A DNA stretch of 64,000 bases, taken from positions 4,579-68,578 of the forward strand of contig JBBQNR010000003.1 of assembly GCA_038330145.1 (NCBI GenBank), in the 5' to 3' direction. The DNA is from Solirubrobacterales bacterium. Lineage in GTDB: Bacteria; Actinomycetota; Thermoleophilia; Solirubrobacterales; JBBDJG01. Made by a program: the position numbers and the translations under genes. Shown here piece after piece: positions 1-8,997 of the stretch (position 1 is its first letter; each line of letters begins with the position of its first letter). Below the pieces are notes generated by a model. It worked only from the letters and a program-made list of their open reading frames with translations. It was not told the origin of the DNA and searched no databases.

Positions 1-943
1 CGGTCATGCCGATGAAGACCGGCCCCAGCCACTGGCGGATCGCCGCGCTCGTCTTCTCGCCCAGCGCGGTGTGAGCCTCGTCGCAGATGACGATCGAGTA
101 GGCATCGGAAACTTTGCCGGCGTTGCGCACGAACCACTGGTACGTCTCCACCGTCACCGGCCCGTCGGCGTTGTCGCGCCCACCGAGCAGCGCCTCGGAG
201 ATGCGGTGGCCATAGCCGCGGTCGCGCAGCTCGCCGATGAACTGATCGACGAGGTTGCGACGGTGAGTCAGGATCAGAACCCCGCCGGTGCGGGAAGCCT
301 CGACGAAGCCGAGTGCAGCCACGGTCTTTCCGGAGCCGGTCGCGTGCTCGAACCAGAAGCGCCGCCCGGCGCCGGGGTCCTCGGGCTGCTCCGGGAGTTG
401 GTCCTCAGCGTCCGTGGCCTCCTCAGCCAGCTCGGATTCGAGCCAGTCCGCCGCCTCCTCCTCGTCGACGTCCCCGTTGGCGCTCAGCTCCTCGTCCTCG
501 TCCTCGTCCTCTTCGTCAAAGTCCTCGTCGAGATCCTCGGATTCCTCCTCCTCCACATCGGCCACAGCATCCTCGAGCGCAGCACGATGGTTGCCGTTCT
601 GGCGCTCGGCCTCGGCGATCAGAGCCGTCAGGGTTCCGGACAGCACGTCGACCTGGTGGGCCGAGAGCACGGCGCCGTCGGCAAGCTTGGGCTCGTCGTC
701 GGAGAGCAGCCGCTCCAGACCCAGCATCAGCGAGTACTTGGTGCGCCACTCGACCGAGGGAACCTTGTGACCCTGCTCGATCTCCTCCAGAGCAGCGTCG
801 ATCGCCCGGCGCGTCGCGGTGCCCGGTTTCAGCAAAGCTTCGTCGTGCGCGAGCGGCTCGCGTGTCCACTCCTCTACGCGAGTAAGTTGCTTCCGGGTAG
901 GAAGAGTCGCGGCCGTCGCGGCCACTTGAGTCGTATTGGCCAT
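1..943 (-). CDS. DEAD/DEAH-box (SF2) helicase, N-terminal part; the gene runs off the left edge of the window
   Basis: Reverse-strand translation from ATG (943-941) reads MANTTQVAAT... and contains Walker A 'HATGSGKT' and motif II 'VICDEAH'. It is absent from the ORF track because there is no stop inside the window. The listed + ORF 71..1174 is its antisense shadow. Confidence 0.8.
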   Translation of the reverse strand, partial: MANTTQVAATAATLPTRKQLTRVEEWTREPLAHDEALLKPGTATRRAIDAALEEIEQGHKVPSVEWRTKYSLMLGLERLLSDDEPKLADGAVLSAHQVDVLSGTLTALIAEAERQNGNHRAALEDAVADVEEEESEDLDEDFDEEDEDEDEELSANGDVDEEEAADWLESELAEEATDAEDQLPEQPEDPGAGRRFWFEHATGSGKTVAALGFVEASRTGGVLILTHRRNLVDQFIGELRDRGYGHRISEALLGGRDNADGPVTVETYQWFVRNAGKVSDAYSIVICDEAHTALGEKTSAAIRQWLGPVFIGMT

Positions 944-1161
944 CTCGAGGCTTACCTCATTACGGAGTCGTCGCCGGCCCCACAGCGCCTTTGCAACGTC
1001 TCCATGCCATGCGATCTGGCAAGCGTCCCTCTTCGGAACCAAGTCGCGCCTGCCGAGAAAGCGGCACCGCGGCCACCTAGCAGCCAGTGGCGCGGGATAT
1101 GCGTATTAAAGCAGCTAACGGCGCTGCTCCCAGGAACCTACGCTAGGTTTCGGCAGACGCC

Positions 1162-1818
1162 GTGCAAGGCTTGAGTCGGCTGTTACTAGGAAAGCGGGCG
1201 CCGGAGCGGCCCCGGCCCCAGCAGGCGGGCCGGCCCGGTGCAATCGCAACCATCGCCGCGGCGCTCGCGATCGGCCTGGCAACGGCTGGTCCAAGCGGCT
1301 GCGGCGGCAAGGACCAACCCACGAGCGCGGCCTCCGCGGCCGACTTCACGAAGGCGCTGAAGGGGGCTCCACCGCCACTCAGAAGGCTCTACTCCAGCGG
1401 CGGGCTGCAGGACGGAGGGGAGCCGGCCTTCAAGCGTCAGCTGAGCCGGCTGCGCGGGTACCCGGTCGTGGTCAACAAATGGGCCGCCTGGTGCGGCCCC
1501 TGCCGCTTCGAGTTCCCGTTCTTCCAGCGCCTGGTCGAGAAGCGCGGCAAGCAGGTTGCCTTCCTGGCCGTCGACTCCCGCGACGTGCGCGACGACGCCG
1601 AGAAGTTCCTGCGCCGATACCCGGTGCCCTATCCGAGCTTCTTCGACCCCGACGGCGAGGTCGCGAGGACATTTCGGGGCGACCGCGTGTCGCCGACGAC
1701 GGCCTTCTACGACCGCTCCGGGCAGCTCGTCTACACCAAGCAGGGCGGTTACGACTCCGAGCGTGCGATTGCCGACGACGTGGATCGCTACGCGGTGGAG
1801 GGCGCGCGGAAAAGGTAG
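1162..1818 (+). CDS. TlpA/redoxin-family thiol-disulfide oxidoreductase, probable lipoprotein
   Basis: Thioredoxin-fold CxxC motif 'WAAWCGPCRFEFP'. N-terminal hydrophobic segment ending 'LATAGPSGCGG' (lipobox-like). Exact start uncertain. Confidence 0.75.
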   Translation: MQGLSRLLLGKRAPERPRPQQAGRPGAIATIAAALAIGLATAGPSGCGGKDQPTSAASAADFTKALKGAPPPLRRLYSSGGLQDGGEPAFKRQLSRLRGYPVVVNKWAAWCGPCRFEFPFFQRLVEKRGKQVAFLAVDSRDVRDDAEKFLRRYPVPYPSFFDPDGEVARTFRGDRVSPTTAFYDRSGQLVYTKQGGYDSERAIADDVDRYAVEGARKR

Positions 1819-1864
1819 GCCCGGGTCCCGGCGGCCCGGCGGCCCGGGGCCTCATAATCGAGCC

Positions 1865-3193
1865 ATGCCCAAATCGATCGCCGCGTTCGGGGTGATCCTG
1901 CTGGCCTTGCTCGCGAGCCCGGCCGGCCTGGCTCAGGAGCGGCAGTCGCGCCCGCTCGTGCAATCGATCGACCTCGACGTGACGATCGATCCGGCCTCGG
2001 CAGCCTGGGTGGATCAGAGCCTCGACGACGCCAAGAAGGATGGCGCCTATCTGGTCGTGCTCCGGCTCGACACCCCCGGCGGTCTCGACGATTCGATGCG
2101 CGAGATCGTCAAGGACATCATCGCCGCGCCGATGCCGGTCGTTGTCTACGTGTCGCCCGACGGCGCCCGCGCCGCGTCTGCGGGCCTGTTCGTCACCGAG
2201 GCCGCGGACGTCGCCGCGATGGCCCCCCAGACCAACATCGGCTCGGCGACGCCGATATCGATCGGCCCGGGCGATCAGGACCGCGTGCTCGGCCGAAAGA
2301 TCCGCAACGACGCCGCAGCCTACGTGCGCGCGCTGGCGGAGGGACACGGCCGCAACCCCGACCTCGCGGAGCAGATGGTGCGCAAGGCGACCAACGTCAC
2401 CGCCGCCGATGCAAAGCGCCGTGGCCTGATCGACCTGATCGCCGCCAACGAGCAGGACATGCTCCGCAAACTCGACGGCTTCCGGGTCAATGGCCCGAAG
2501 CAGCAGGTTCTCCACACCGGTGGCGCGCGCGTCGAGCGGCGCGACCTGCCCTTCAAGTTCGAGGTGCTCGAGCTGCTGGTGAACCCCAACACGGCCTTCC
2601 TGCTGCTGACCCTGGGCCTGATCGGGATCGCGCTCGAGGCCTTCCATCCGGGCACGATCCTGCCGGGCGCCCTCGGCGGGGTGTCGCTGATCCTTTCCCT
2701 GTTCGGCCTCGCGCAGCTACCGATCACCGCCGCGGGGCTGCTGCTGATCGCGCTCGCCTTCTCGCTGTTCGTGGCCGAGGCGTTCATCATCAGCCACGGA
2801 GCGCTGGCCTCCGGCGGAGTCGTGTCGTTGGTTTTCGGTGGCTTGCTGCTGTTCGACACCGACAGCGAGGCGTTCGACATCTCGGTACCACTCGTGATCT
2901 TCACGGCGGCGTTGCTGGGCGGATCGTTCGTGTTCCTGATCAGCAAGGCCGTGGAGGCACGTCACCGGCAGGTTCATACCGGGGTGGAGGAGCTGATCGG
3001 AGCTGAGGGCATGGTCCGGTCGCCGCTCGAGCCCGTCGGCCACGTCTTCGTGCGCGGAGCGCTCTGGAGAGCGGTACCGGCAGGCGACGAGCGCCCTGCC
3101 GTTGGCGAGCGCGTGGTGGTGGAGAAGGTGGACGGCCTGACGCTGACCGTGCGCCCGGCAGGCCGCGACGAGCCCGCTTCGCCGGAGGCATAG
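1865..3193 (+). CDS. NfeD-family membrane-bound ClpP-class serine protease
   Basis: Start placed at ATG 1865 (MPKSIAAFGVILLALLASPAGLAQE, signal/anchor), because the longer 1556 ORF overlaps the redoxin gene. Architecture is a ClpP-like N-domain, central TM helices and a C-terminal NfeD-type soluble tail. It sits immediately upstream of a stomatin gene, the classic pairing. Confidence 0.8.
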   Translation: MPKSIAAFGVILLALLASPAGLAQERQSRPLVQSIDLDVTIDPASAAWVDQSLDDAKKDGAYLVVLRLDTPGGLDDSMREIVKDIIAAPMPVVVYVSPDGARAASAGLFVTEAADVAAMAPQTNIGSATPISIGPGDQDRVLGRKIRNDAAAYVRALAEGHGRNPDLAEQMVRKATNVTAADAKRRGLIDLIAANEQDMLRKLDGFRVNGPKQQVLHTGGARVERRDLPFKFEVLELLVNPNTAFLLLTLGLIGIALEAFHPGTILPGALGGVSLILSLFGLAQLPITAAGLLLIALAFSLFVAEAFIISHGALASGGVVSLVFGGLLLFDTDSEAFDISVPLVIFTAALLGGSFVFLISKAVEARHRQVHTGVEELIGAEGMVRSPLEPVGHVFVRGALWRAVPAGDERPAVGERVVVEKVDGLTLTVRPAGRDEPASPEA

Positions 3194-3205
3194 ACTAGGG
3201 GCACG

Positions 3206-4000
3206 GTGGGAGCTGCGCTGATCGTCATCGGGGTAGTCGTCTTCTTCGCGGTGATCGTGCTCGCGAGCGCGGTTCGCGTGTTGCGCGAGTACGAGCGCGG
3301 CGTGGTGTTCCGCCTCGGTCGGCTGATCGGCCAGAAGGGACCGGGCCTGATCCTGCTGATACCGATCATCGACAAGATGGTGCGCGTCGATCTGCGCACG
3401 GTGACGCTCAGCATCCCGCCGCAGGAGGTGATCACGCGCGACAACGTGCCGGCCTCGGTCACTGCCGTCTGCTACTTCCGTGTCGTGAACGCGAACGACG
3501 CGATCGTGCAGGTCGAGAACTTCCTGCTCGCGACGTCACAGATCGCGCAGACGACGCTTCGCGCTGTGCTCGGCCGTGCTGAGCTGGACACTCTGCTGTC
3601 CGAGCGCGACCGCCTCAACGACGAGCTCCAGCGCATCATCGACGAGCAGACCGAGCCCTGGGGGATCAAGATCACGACGGTCGAGATCAAGGACGTAGAG
3701 ATCCCGCAGACGATGCAGCGGGCGATGGCGCGCCAGGCAGAGGCCGAGCGCGAGCGGCGCGCGAAGATCATCGCCGCCGAGGGCGAGTTCCAGGCCTCGG
3801 ACAAGCTGGCGCAGGCTGCCGAGAAGATCGGCAAGCACCCGGTCGCAATCCAGCTGCGCTTCCTCCAGACCCTGATCGAGGTCGCCTCGGAGCACAACTC
3901 GACGACGATCTTTCCGGTGCCGATCGACCTTTTCCAGCCCTTCCTCGAGGCCGCGCGGGCACAACAGAGCGCGGCGCGAGACCTTCCCGAGCAGCGCTGA
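3206..4000 (+). CDS. SPFH/Band 7 (stomatin-like) protein
   Basis: N-terminal TM anchor followed by an SPFH core ('[12 protein letters not shown]...', '[16 protein letters not shown]', coiled-coil '[24 protein letters not shown]'). 13 nt downstream of nfeD. Confidence 0.9.
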   Translation: MGAALIVIGVVVFFAVIVLASAVRVLREYERGVVFRLGRLIGQKGPGLILLIPIIDKMVRVDLRTVTLSIPPQEVITRDNVPASVTAVCYFRVVNANDAIVQVENFLLATSQIAQTTLRAVLGRAELDTLLSERDRLNDELQRIIDEQTEPWGIKITTVEIKDVEIPQTMQRAMARQAEAERERRAKIIAAEGEFQASDKLAQAAEKIGKHPVAIQLRFLQTLIEVASEHNSTTIFPVPIDLFQPFLEAARAQQSAARDLPEQR

Positions 4001-4041
4001 ACCCGCAGCTGCGTATCGATCCCCTCACGGGGCTGAAGGTC

Positions 4042-5037
4042 GTGCTGGCTCCCGGTCGCGCGAAGCGGCCGGACTCATGGCTCGACCAGGGCGCAGCGTC
4101 AGCGGAAGGCAGCCGCGCCGCCGAGGGGGCGCGTGCCCGCGGGCCAGTGCCCGGTTGCCCCTTCTGTGGCGGTCACGAGCACCTGACACCTCCCGAGACC
4201 TGGGCGCTGCGGCCGGGAGGCGGACCGCCAGACTCGGGCGGCTGGCTCGTACGCTCGGTGCCGAACAAGTTCCCGGTGCTGGCGCCCGGCCCGGATGGAG
4301 ACGTGCCCGACCCGCTCGACGAGAGCCGCGGTGAGCCGGAGCTGCTGCGCTCCGCGCCCGCCACGGGCGATCACGAGGTCATCGTGCACTGCCCGGAGCA
4401 CTTCACCACCATGGAGGAGATGAACCCGGAGCAGTTCGAGACCGCGCTCACAGGCTGGCGCGAGCGCCTGGCCGCCCACTCCGAAGCAGCGTGGGTGCAC
4501 GTGATGGTGAACTCGGGCAAGACCGCCGGCGCATCGCTCGAGCACGCGCACGCGCAGCTCTACGCGCTGCCGTTCGTGCCCGTAATTGCGGCGCGTGAGC
4601 GCGAGCGCTTCACGGCGCACAATGTTCAAACGGAGGGATCGTGCCTTCTCTGCGACCTTTTGAAGGAGGAGGTGCGCCTGCGCGACCGCGTGATCGCCGT
4701 CGACGACCATGCCGTGCTGCTGGCCCCCTACGCTTCACGCACTCCTTACGAGCTTCAGCTGGTGCCGCGCAGGCACACGGGCAGCTTCGTCGACGCCGAG
4801 CCGCTCGAGGCCGCCCTGCTGCTCGACGGGCTGCTGCGCCTGAAGCGGGTGCTCGGCTCCTCACCGCCGTTGAACATGTGGCTGCGCACGGCGCCGCGCG
4901 GCGCGGCGCACTATCACTGGCGCATAGACGTGGTGCCTCGCCTGACCCAGCTGGCGGGGCTGGAGCTCGGCGCCGGCATCGGCGTCAACGTGCAGGCGCC
5001 CGAGCGGGCGGCCTCGGACTTGCGCGACGCCGGCTAG
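4042..5037 (+). CDS. Galactose-1-phosphate uridylyltransferase (GalT)/HIT-family nucleotidyltransferase; the true start is probably upstream (CTG at 3997 or 4009)
   Basis: Zn motif 'CPFCGGHEH' and catalytic 'LEHAHAQLYALPF' (HxHxQ). Coordinates are the first canonical start. The conserved family N-terminus 'RIDPLTGLKVVLAPGRAKRP' is encoded in-frame at 4012-4071, partly upstream of that start (see finding). Confidence 0.8.
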   Translation: MLAPGRAKRPDSWLDQGAASAEGSRAAEGARARGPVPGCPFCGGHEHLTPPETWALRPGGGPPDSGGWLVRSVPNKFPVLAPGPDGDVPDPLDESRGEPELLRSAPATGDHEVIVHCPEHFTTMEEMNPEQFETALTGWRERLAAHSEAAWVHVMVNSGKTAGASLEHAHAQLYALPFVPVIAARERERFTAHNVQTEGSCLLCDLLKEEVRLRDRVIAVDDHAVLLAPYASRTPYELQLVPRRHTGSFVDAEPLEAALLLDGLLRLKRVLGSSPPLNMWLRTAPRGAAHYHWRIDVVPRLTQLAGLELGAGIGVNVQAPERAASDLRDAG

Positions 5038-5045
5038 CGCTGGCT

Positions 5046-6509
5046 CTACTTGCTGGTGACGCCGTCTTCGGGCTGAGTACTGGTGACGCCGTCCTCGCGC
5101 TTCGCCAGCGAGGCGAGAGCCTCGACGGCGGCATCGGCCTGCTCGTCCGAGGACTCTTCCGTCGGCTCGGCCTCGGCCGTGAGGTCCGCCGGCAGCTCCG
5201 CCGCGGCATAGTCGTGAACGCGCTTCTCGAGCGCCAGCTCGGCGTCGAAGTCGGCGTCCTCACCGTGGCGGTACCTGACGTCCTTGCCCGACAGCACCTC
5301 GATGAAGACCTCGACCAGGTGGGCGTCGAGCTGCGAGCCTGAGACCCGGCGCAGCTCGCGGATCGCCTCGAAAGACGAGATCGGCTTGCGGTAGGAGTCG
5401 CGGGCAGTCATCACGTCGTAGATGTCGGAGATGGAGATGATCCGTGACAGCATCGGTATCTCGTCGCCCTTGAGGTGACGCGGATAGCCCTTGCCGTCCA
5501 TTCGCTCGTGGTGGGCGATGATGATCTCGCCGACCGGGCCGTAGCCCTCGATCTGGGACACGATCCTCGCCCCCTGGTAGGGATGCATTCGGATGATGTT
5601 CCAGTCCTCCTCGGTGAGCTTGTTGTCGCCCTTGAGGATGCGGTCGGGGAAGATGAACTTGCCGACGTCGTGCAGCAGGGCCGCGGTGTGGACGAGATCC
5701 TGCTCTTCCTCGGAGAAGCCGGCCGCGCGAGCGATCTCCTTCGAGTAGCGCGCGACAGCCGCGCTGTGGCGCGCGGTCATCCGGTCTCGCAGGTCGAGCG
5801 TGTGAAGGAGCGCGCTCAGCAGGCCGACCTGGAGGCTGGCGAGCTGGCGCGTTCGCCGCTCCAGCTCCTCCGCTCGCTCTTCAGAGACCATCACCTGGCC
5901 AAGCAGGTGCTGGAAGGTGAACAGCACGACCGCGAACAGCACGATCGCCACCAGGCCGACGCGGTTGTACAGGAAGGCGATCCCGACCGCCATCGTTGCC
6001 GCGGCCAGCTCCGATGGCATGACCGGAAGCAGGATCCTGCGCACCTGCCCCAAGAACGACGCCCGCTCGACGATCGTGGCGTACACAGCGACGAGCGAGA
6101 AGTTCACCGTCAGGGCCATCATGAAGACCGCCAACACAAGCAGGTAGAAGAAGCTGTCGTCCTCCATCAGCCCCGTGATTTCGCTCAGTCCCAGGAAGGC
6201 AAGGCCACCGAGCAGCGGGAACCACGTGTAGGTGACGAGGTTGATCAGGAAGTCGTGAACGGTGTCGCGCCAGCGCAACCAGCCGACGGCGATCGTCACA
6301 ACTCCGATCGCGGCCGCGGGTGTTCCGCCCAGGAACACGATCGCCAGCACCAGCGCCAGGAAGCTGCCCGAGATCTTGATCTTGCCCACCGTCTCGACCG
6401 CGCGCAGGTCGCTGAGAGCCGAGAAGGCCAGCAGGGTGAAGAAGAGCGGCAGGTCCCAGTCCGCGGCGCCCGCCTGGAAAATCGCGAGCGCGACCGCGCC
6501 GGCCAGCAT
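5046..6509 (-). CDS. HD-GYP domain signalling phosphodiesterase with a polytopic N-terminal membrane domain
   Basis: 'LLHDVGKFIFPD' and 'HHERMDGKGYPRHLKG' motifs. About 7 predicted TM helices in the first ~210 aa. Acidic C-terminal tail. Confidence 0.85.
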   Translation of the reverse strand: MLAGAVALAIFQAGAADWDLPLFFTLLAFSALSDLRAVETVGKIKISGSFLALVLAIVFLGGTPAAAIGVVTIAVGWLRWRDTVHDFLINLVTYTWFPLLGGLAFLGLSEITGLMEDDSFFYLLVLAVFMMALTVNFSLVAVYATIVERASFLGQVRRILLPVMPSELAAATMAVGIAFLYNRVGLVAIVLFAVVLFTFQHLLGQVMVSEERAEELERRTRQLASLQVGLLSALLHTLDLRDRMTARHSAAVARYSKEIARAAGFSEEEQDLVHTAALLHDVGKFIFPDRILKGDNKLTEEDWNIIRMHPYQGARIVSQIEGYGPVGEIIIAHHERMDGKGYPRHLKGDEIPMLSRIISISDIYDVMTARDSYRKPISSFEAIRELRRVSGSQLDAHLVEVFIEVLSGKDVRYRHGEDADFDAELALEKRVHDYAAAELPADLTAEAEPTEESSDEQADAAVEALASLAKREDGVTSTQPEDGVTSK

Positions 6510-6636
6510 TGCCAGCTCGACCGCTAGTACAGCTCGGTTTGGGCGTGCGGCCAGGGTAGAACCTCCAGTTTCGGCCCGGTCCGTCTCTATCGACGCGCCG
6601 GGTTTCGTGCTTTAGGAGGAGGTGTGCCCTTAGCCG

Positions 6637-6671
6637 AAAGGGCGCTCCGGAAGCGACCGGAGCGCCCTTTT
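6637..6671. terminator. Strong bidirectional intrinsic-terminator-like hairpin inside a divergent intergenic region
   Basis: 14-bp perfect stem: aaagggcgctccgg (6637-6650) pairs with ccggagcgcccttt (6657-6670), loop aagcga. There is an A-run 5' and a T-run 3', so a U-tract follows the stem on either strand. Confidence 0.6.
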
Positions 6672-6890
6672 CAGGCACTGCTACAGACTTATCTGCGGAA
6701 GCCCAACTCTTGCACCTCCAGGACGCTAGACGCCACTGCGTTGCCTGGCCATGCGGCCAAGCGCGGCGTAATCTCTTGCAACGGGAAGACGCCGTCAAGC
6801 CGCAGCGGGAGCGATGAAACATGCGCTGCAGCGGATTATGTCGACCCGGCGGCCGACAGCCGACGGGCGGGGCGCCTAGCCTCTACCGCC

Positions 6891-8189
6891 ATGTGGCCTG
6901 CCCTGGCTCCGCTTCGGCTGCCCGGCTTTCGCAGGCTGGCGCTGGCGTACAACGTCAACGAGCTCGGCAACTGGCTCGGCGAGATCGCGCTGGCAGTGCT
7001 GGTCTTCGACCAGACCGGAAACGCACTGGCCACGGCGGCGCTGTTCGTCGGAATGCAGTTCGTGCCGGCCGTCTTCGCTCAGGGTCTCGTCGCCCGCATC
7101 GAGGTGACGGGCAGCAAGATCGGGCTGCCACTCGTGTACGCGGGAGAGGGTGCGACCTTTCTCGCCCTGGCCGCGATGGCGGACGACTTCCTGCTGCCGG
7201 TGGTGATCGCGCTGGCCGCGGTCGACGGCACGTTGGCGCTGGCGGGCCGCTCCTTCACGCGCGCCGCGGTGGCGGCGGTGCTTGCTCCATCAGGGCAGCT
7301 GCGGGAAGGCAACGCCATCATCAACGTCGGCTTCACGGCCGCCGGGGCGCTCGGACCACTCCTGGCGGGGCTGGTCGTGGCGGGGATCGGAGCCCGCGAG
7401 GCGCTGCTGCTGGATGCAGCCTCATTCTTCCTCGTCGCGCTGCTTCTGGTCGCGGCGCGGTCGGTGCCGAGCGTGAAGGCGGAGCCGCAGCCGTGGCAGG
7501 AGCGGCTGCGGGAAGGCCTCGCCTATGTCGGGCGGCACCCGATCCTCAAGCGCCTGCTGGTGGCTCAGGCCGCGGCGTTCGTCTTCTTCGCCGCGGTGAT
7601 CCCGATCGAGATCGTCTACGCGAAGGAGACACTCGACGCCGGCAACTCCGGCTACGGAACGCTGCTGGCATCGTGGGGAGTCGGCATGGTGGTCGGCAGC
7701 CTGGTGTTCGCGGCCGCCCGTAACACCTCCCTGAGCCTGTTGCTGTTCTGGAGCACGATCATCGTTGGCGCGGCCTACCTTGCAATGGCAGGAGCCCAGA
7801 CCCTATTGCTCGCCTGTCTGGCCGCGTCGCTCGGCGGGCTCGGCAACGGGGTCCAGTGGGTGGCGGTCATGAGCGCCATCCAGGGCCTGACGACGGAGCA
7901 ATACCAGGCCCGGGTCGTGGCCCTGCTGGAGTCGAGCGGTTTTGCGATGCCCGGGATTGGCTTCATGCTTGGGGGCGTGGTGGCCTATCTGATCGACCCG
8001 CGAGCAACCTTCGTGGTCGCCGGCGTCGGCGTGTTGGTGGTGGTCGCAATCGCCGCGCCGCTGCTGCGAAGGACCGACTGGCCCGAGACCGGCGAGGCCC
8101 CCGAGGATGCCCTCGCGGTGGCTGCGGAATCACCGTTTGCGGGCCAGGCCATCCGGCCCCAGGCCGCGCCCGACGCGGGGGATAGCTGA
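6891..8189 (+). CDS. MFS transporter
   Basis: Start set at ATG 6891 (MWPALAPLRLPGFRRLALAYNVNELGNWLGEIAL...). About 12 hydrophobic helices. The upstream part of the 6624 ORF has non-coding-like third-codon positions. Confidence 0.8.
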   Translation: MWPALAPLRLPGFRRLALAYNVNELGNWLGEIALAVLVFDQTGNALATAALFVGMQFVPAVFAQGLVARIEVTGSKIGLPLVYAGEGATFLALAAMADDFLLPVVIALAAVDGTLALAGRSFTRAAVAAVLAPSGQLREGNAIINVGFTAAGALGPLLAGLVVAGIGAREALLLDAASFFLVALLLVAARSVPSVKAEPQPWQERLREGLAYVGRHPILKRLLVAQAAAFVFFAAVIPIEIVYAKETLDAGNSGYGTLLASWGVGMVVGSLVFAAARNTSLSLLLFWSTIIVGAAYLAMAGAQTLLLACLAASLGGLGNGVQWVAVMSAIQGLTTEQYQARVVALLESSGFAMPGIGFMLGGVVAYLIDPRATFVVAGVGVLVVVAIAAPLLRRTDWPETGEAPEDALAVAAESPFAGQAIRPQAAPDAGDS

Positions 8190-8194
8190 GCACG

Positions 8195-8824
8195 ATGCCT
8201 CCGACCAGCCGTCCCATTCCCCGCTTCGTCGCCGAGCCTCCTCACGAACTGGAGCCCTATGGCCGCTGGCGGGAGACACTCGAGCAGCACTTCAGGACGG
8301 CGTGCGAGGCGATCGAGACCGATGAGCAGCTGGGGGCCGCCGGCGAGATGATCTGGTTTCCGGAGCGCAGCCACGGCGGTCGCGTCTACATCCCCGCGAG
8401 CTGCGATACGGCTGAGGGCTACGAGCTGTTCGGCTACGTCTCCTTCGTCCGCTCGGCCTCCTCGCCGGACCCCGGTGACTTTTTCGTGCAGGTGGACTAC
8501 ACGTCGGAGACGGCGGCGCGCAACCCGGGCTGGACCATGGACCTCAACGACGAGGTGATCGGCCCGTGGAAGGGGCCCGGAAAGGCGGAGGGCGACCTCA
8601 CGCTCGTTTGGGGCACGCCACTCGTTCCCGGCGGCACGGTCGCGACCGCGGAGCTGGGGCCGGACACGGTCGACCAGTGTGCGCTTGTTCAGAGCGACGG
8701 CTTCACCCTGATCGCGCTGGACGCCGTCAAGGGCCTCGGCGATGACGACTACCTGGAGGTCAAGCTGTGGAACAGGAACGGCGACCTGCTTGCGACCGAG
8801 AGCCTCTACGAGGCCGGGGACTGA
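8195..8824 (+). CDS. Hypothetical protein (soluble, acidic)
   Basis: 209-aa ORF 6 nt after the MFS gene, with GC-rich third positions. No motif recognised. Confidence 0.55.
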   Translation: MPPTSRPIPRFVAEPPHELEPYGRWRETLEQHFRTACEAIETDEQLGAAGEMIWFPERSHGGRVYIPASCDTAEGYELFGYVSFVRSASSPDPGDFFVQVDYTSETAARNPGWTMDLNDEVIGPWKGPGKAEGDLTLVWGTPLVPGGTVATAELGPDTVDQCALVQSDGFTLIALDAVKGLGDDDYLEVKLWNRNGDLLATESLYEAGD

Positions 8825-8997
8825 TGAGCGTCCAACCGGCGCGAAGCGCTTCGGAGTAACTACACTTGACCGCAGAAGCAAGGGGAAGAGAGCACGTCAC
8901 TGGTAACACGAGGCAAGAGGGCAATCTCCGCTACCCGCGAAGTAGTTCTGTCGGGGTTGATTGACCGATAGCCGGCGGCGCTGTTGACATACGCGAA

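Noticed and set aside
71-1174. 367-aa + strand ORF at the left edge
   Set aside because: The opposite strand encodes an SF2 helicase N-terminus with Walker A and DEAH motifs. The + ORF is its mirror image.
5475-6527. 350-aa + strand ORF opposite the HD-GYP gene. Comparable shadow ORFs: 1472..2647 (-), 8860..9984 (-), 36229..37515 (-), 40107..41366 (-), 45000..46388 (+), 28365..29519 (-), 23555..24511 (-)
   Set aside because: Each lies antisense to a CDS with unambiguous family motifs (HD-GYP, NfeD, DppC, OtsA, DnaB, Gfo/Idh/MocA, the M28-like protein, PBP). Each translates to Arg/Gly/Pro/Asp-rich sequence without recognisable domains.
6729-6737. Word GCTAGACGC, also at 47433-47441, resembling the GCTTAGACGC repeat core at 58.8 kb
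   Set aside because: A 9-mer at this base composition is expected roughly once by chance in a window this size. TAG-containing words are naturally enriched in non-coding DNA. This is too weak to claim a shared motif without a genome-wide count.
6624-6890. N-terminal 89-aa extension of the MFS transporter, starting at GTG 6624 behind an AGGAGGAGG box
   Set aside because: About 30% of codon third positions in the extension are A/T, against very few in flanking genes. The extension spans a 14-bp terminator-like hairpin and has no TM or conserved features. ATG 6891 begins the typical MFS N-terminus. The SD-like box is kept as part of the intergenic finding.
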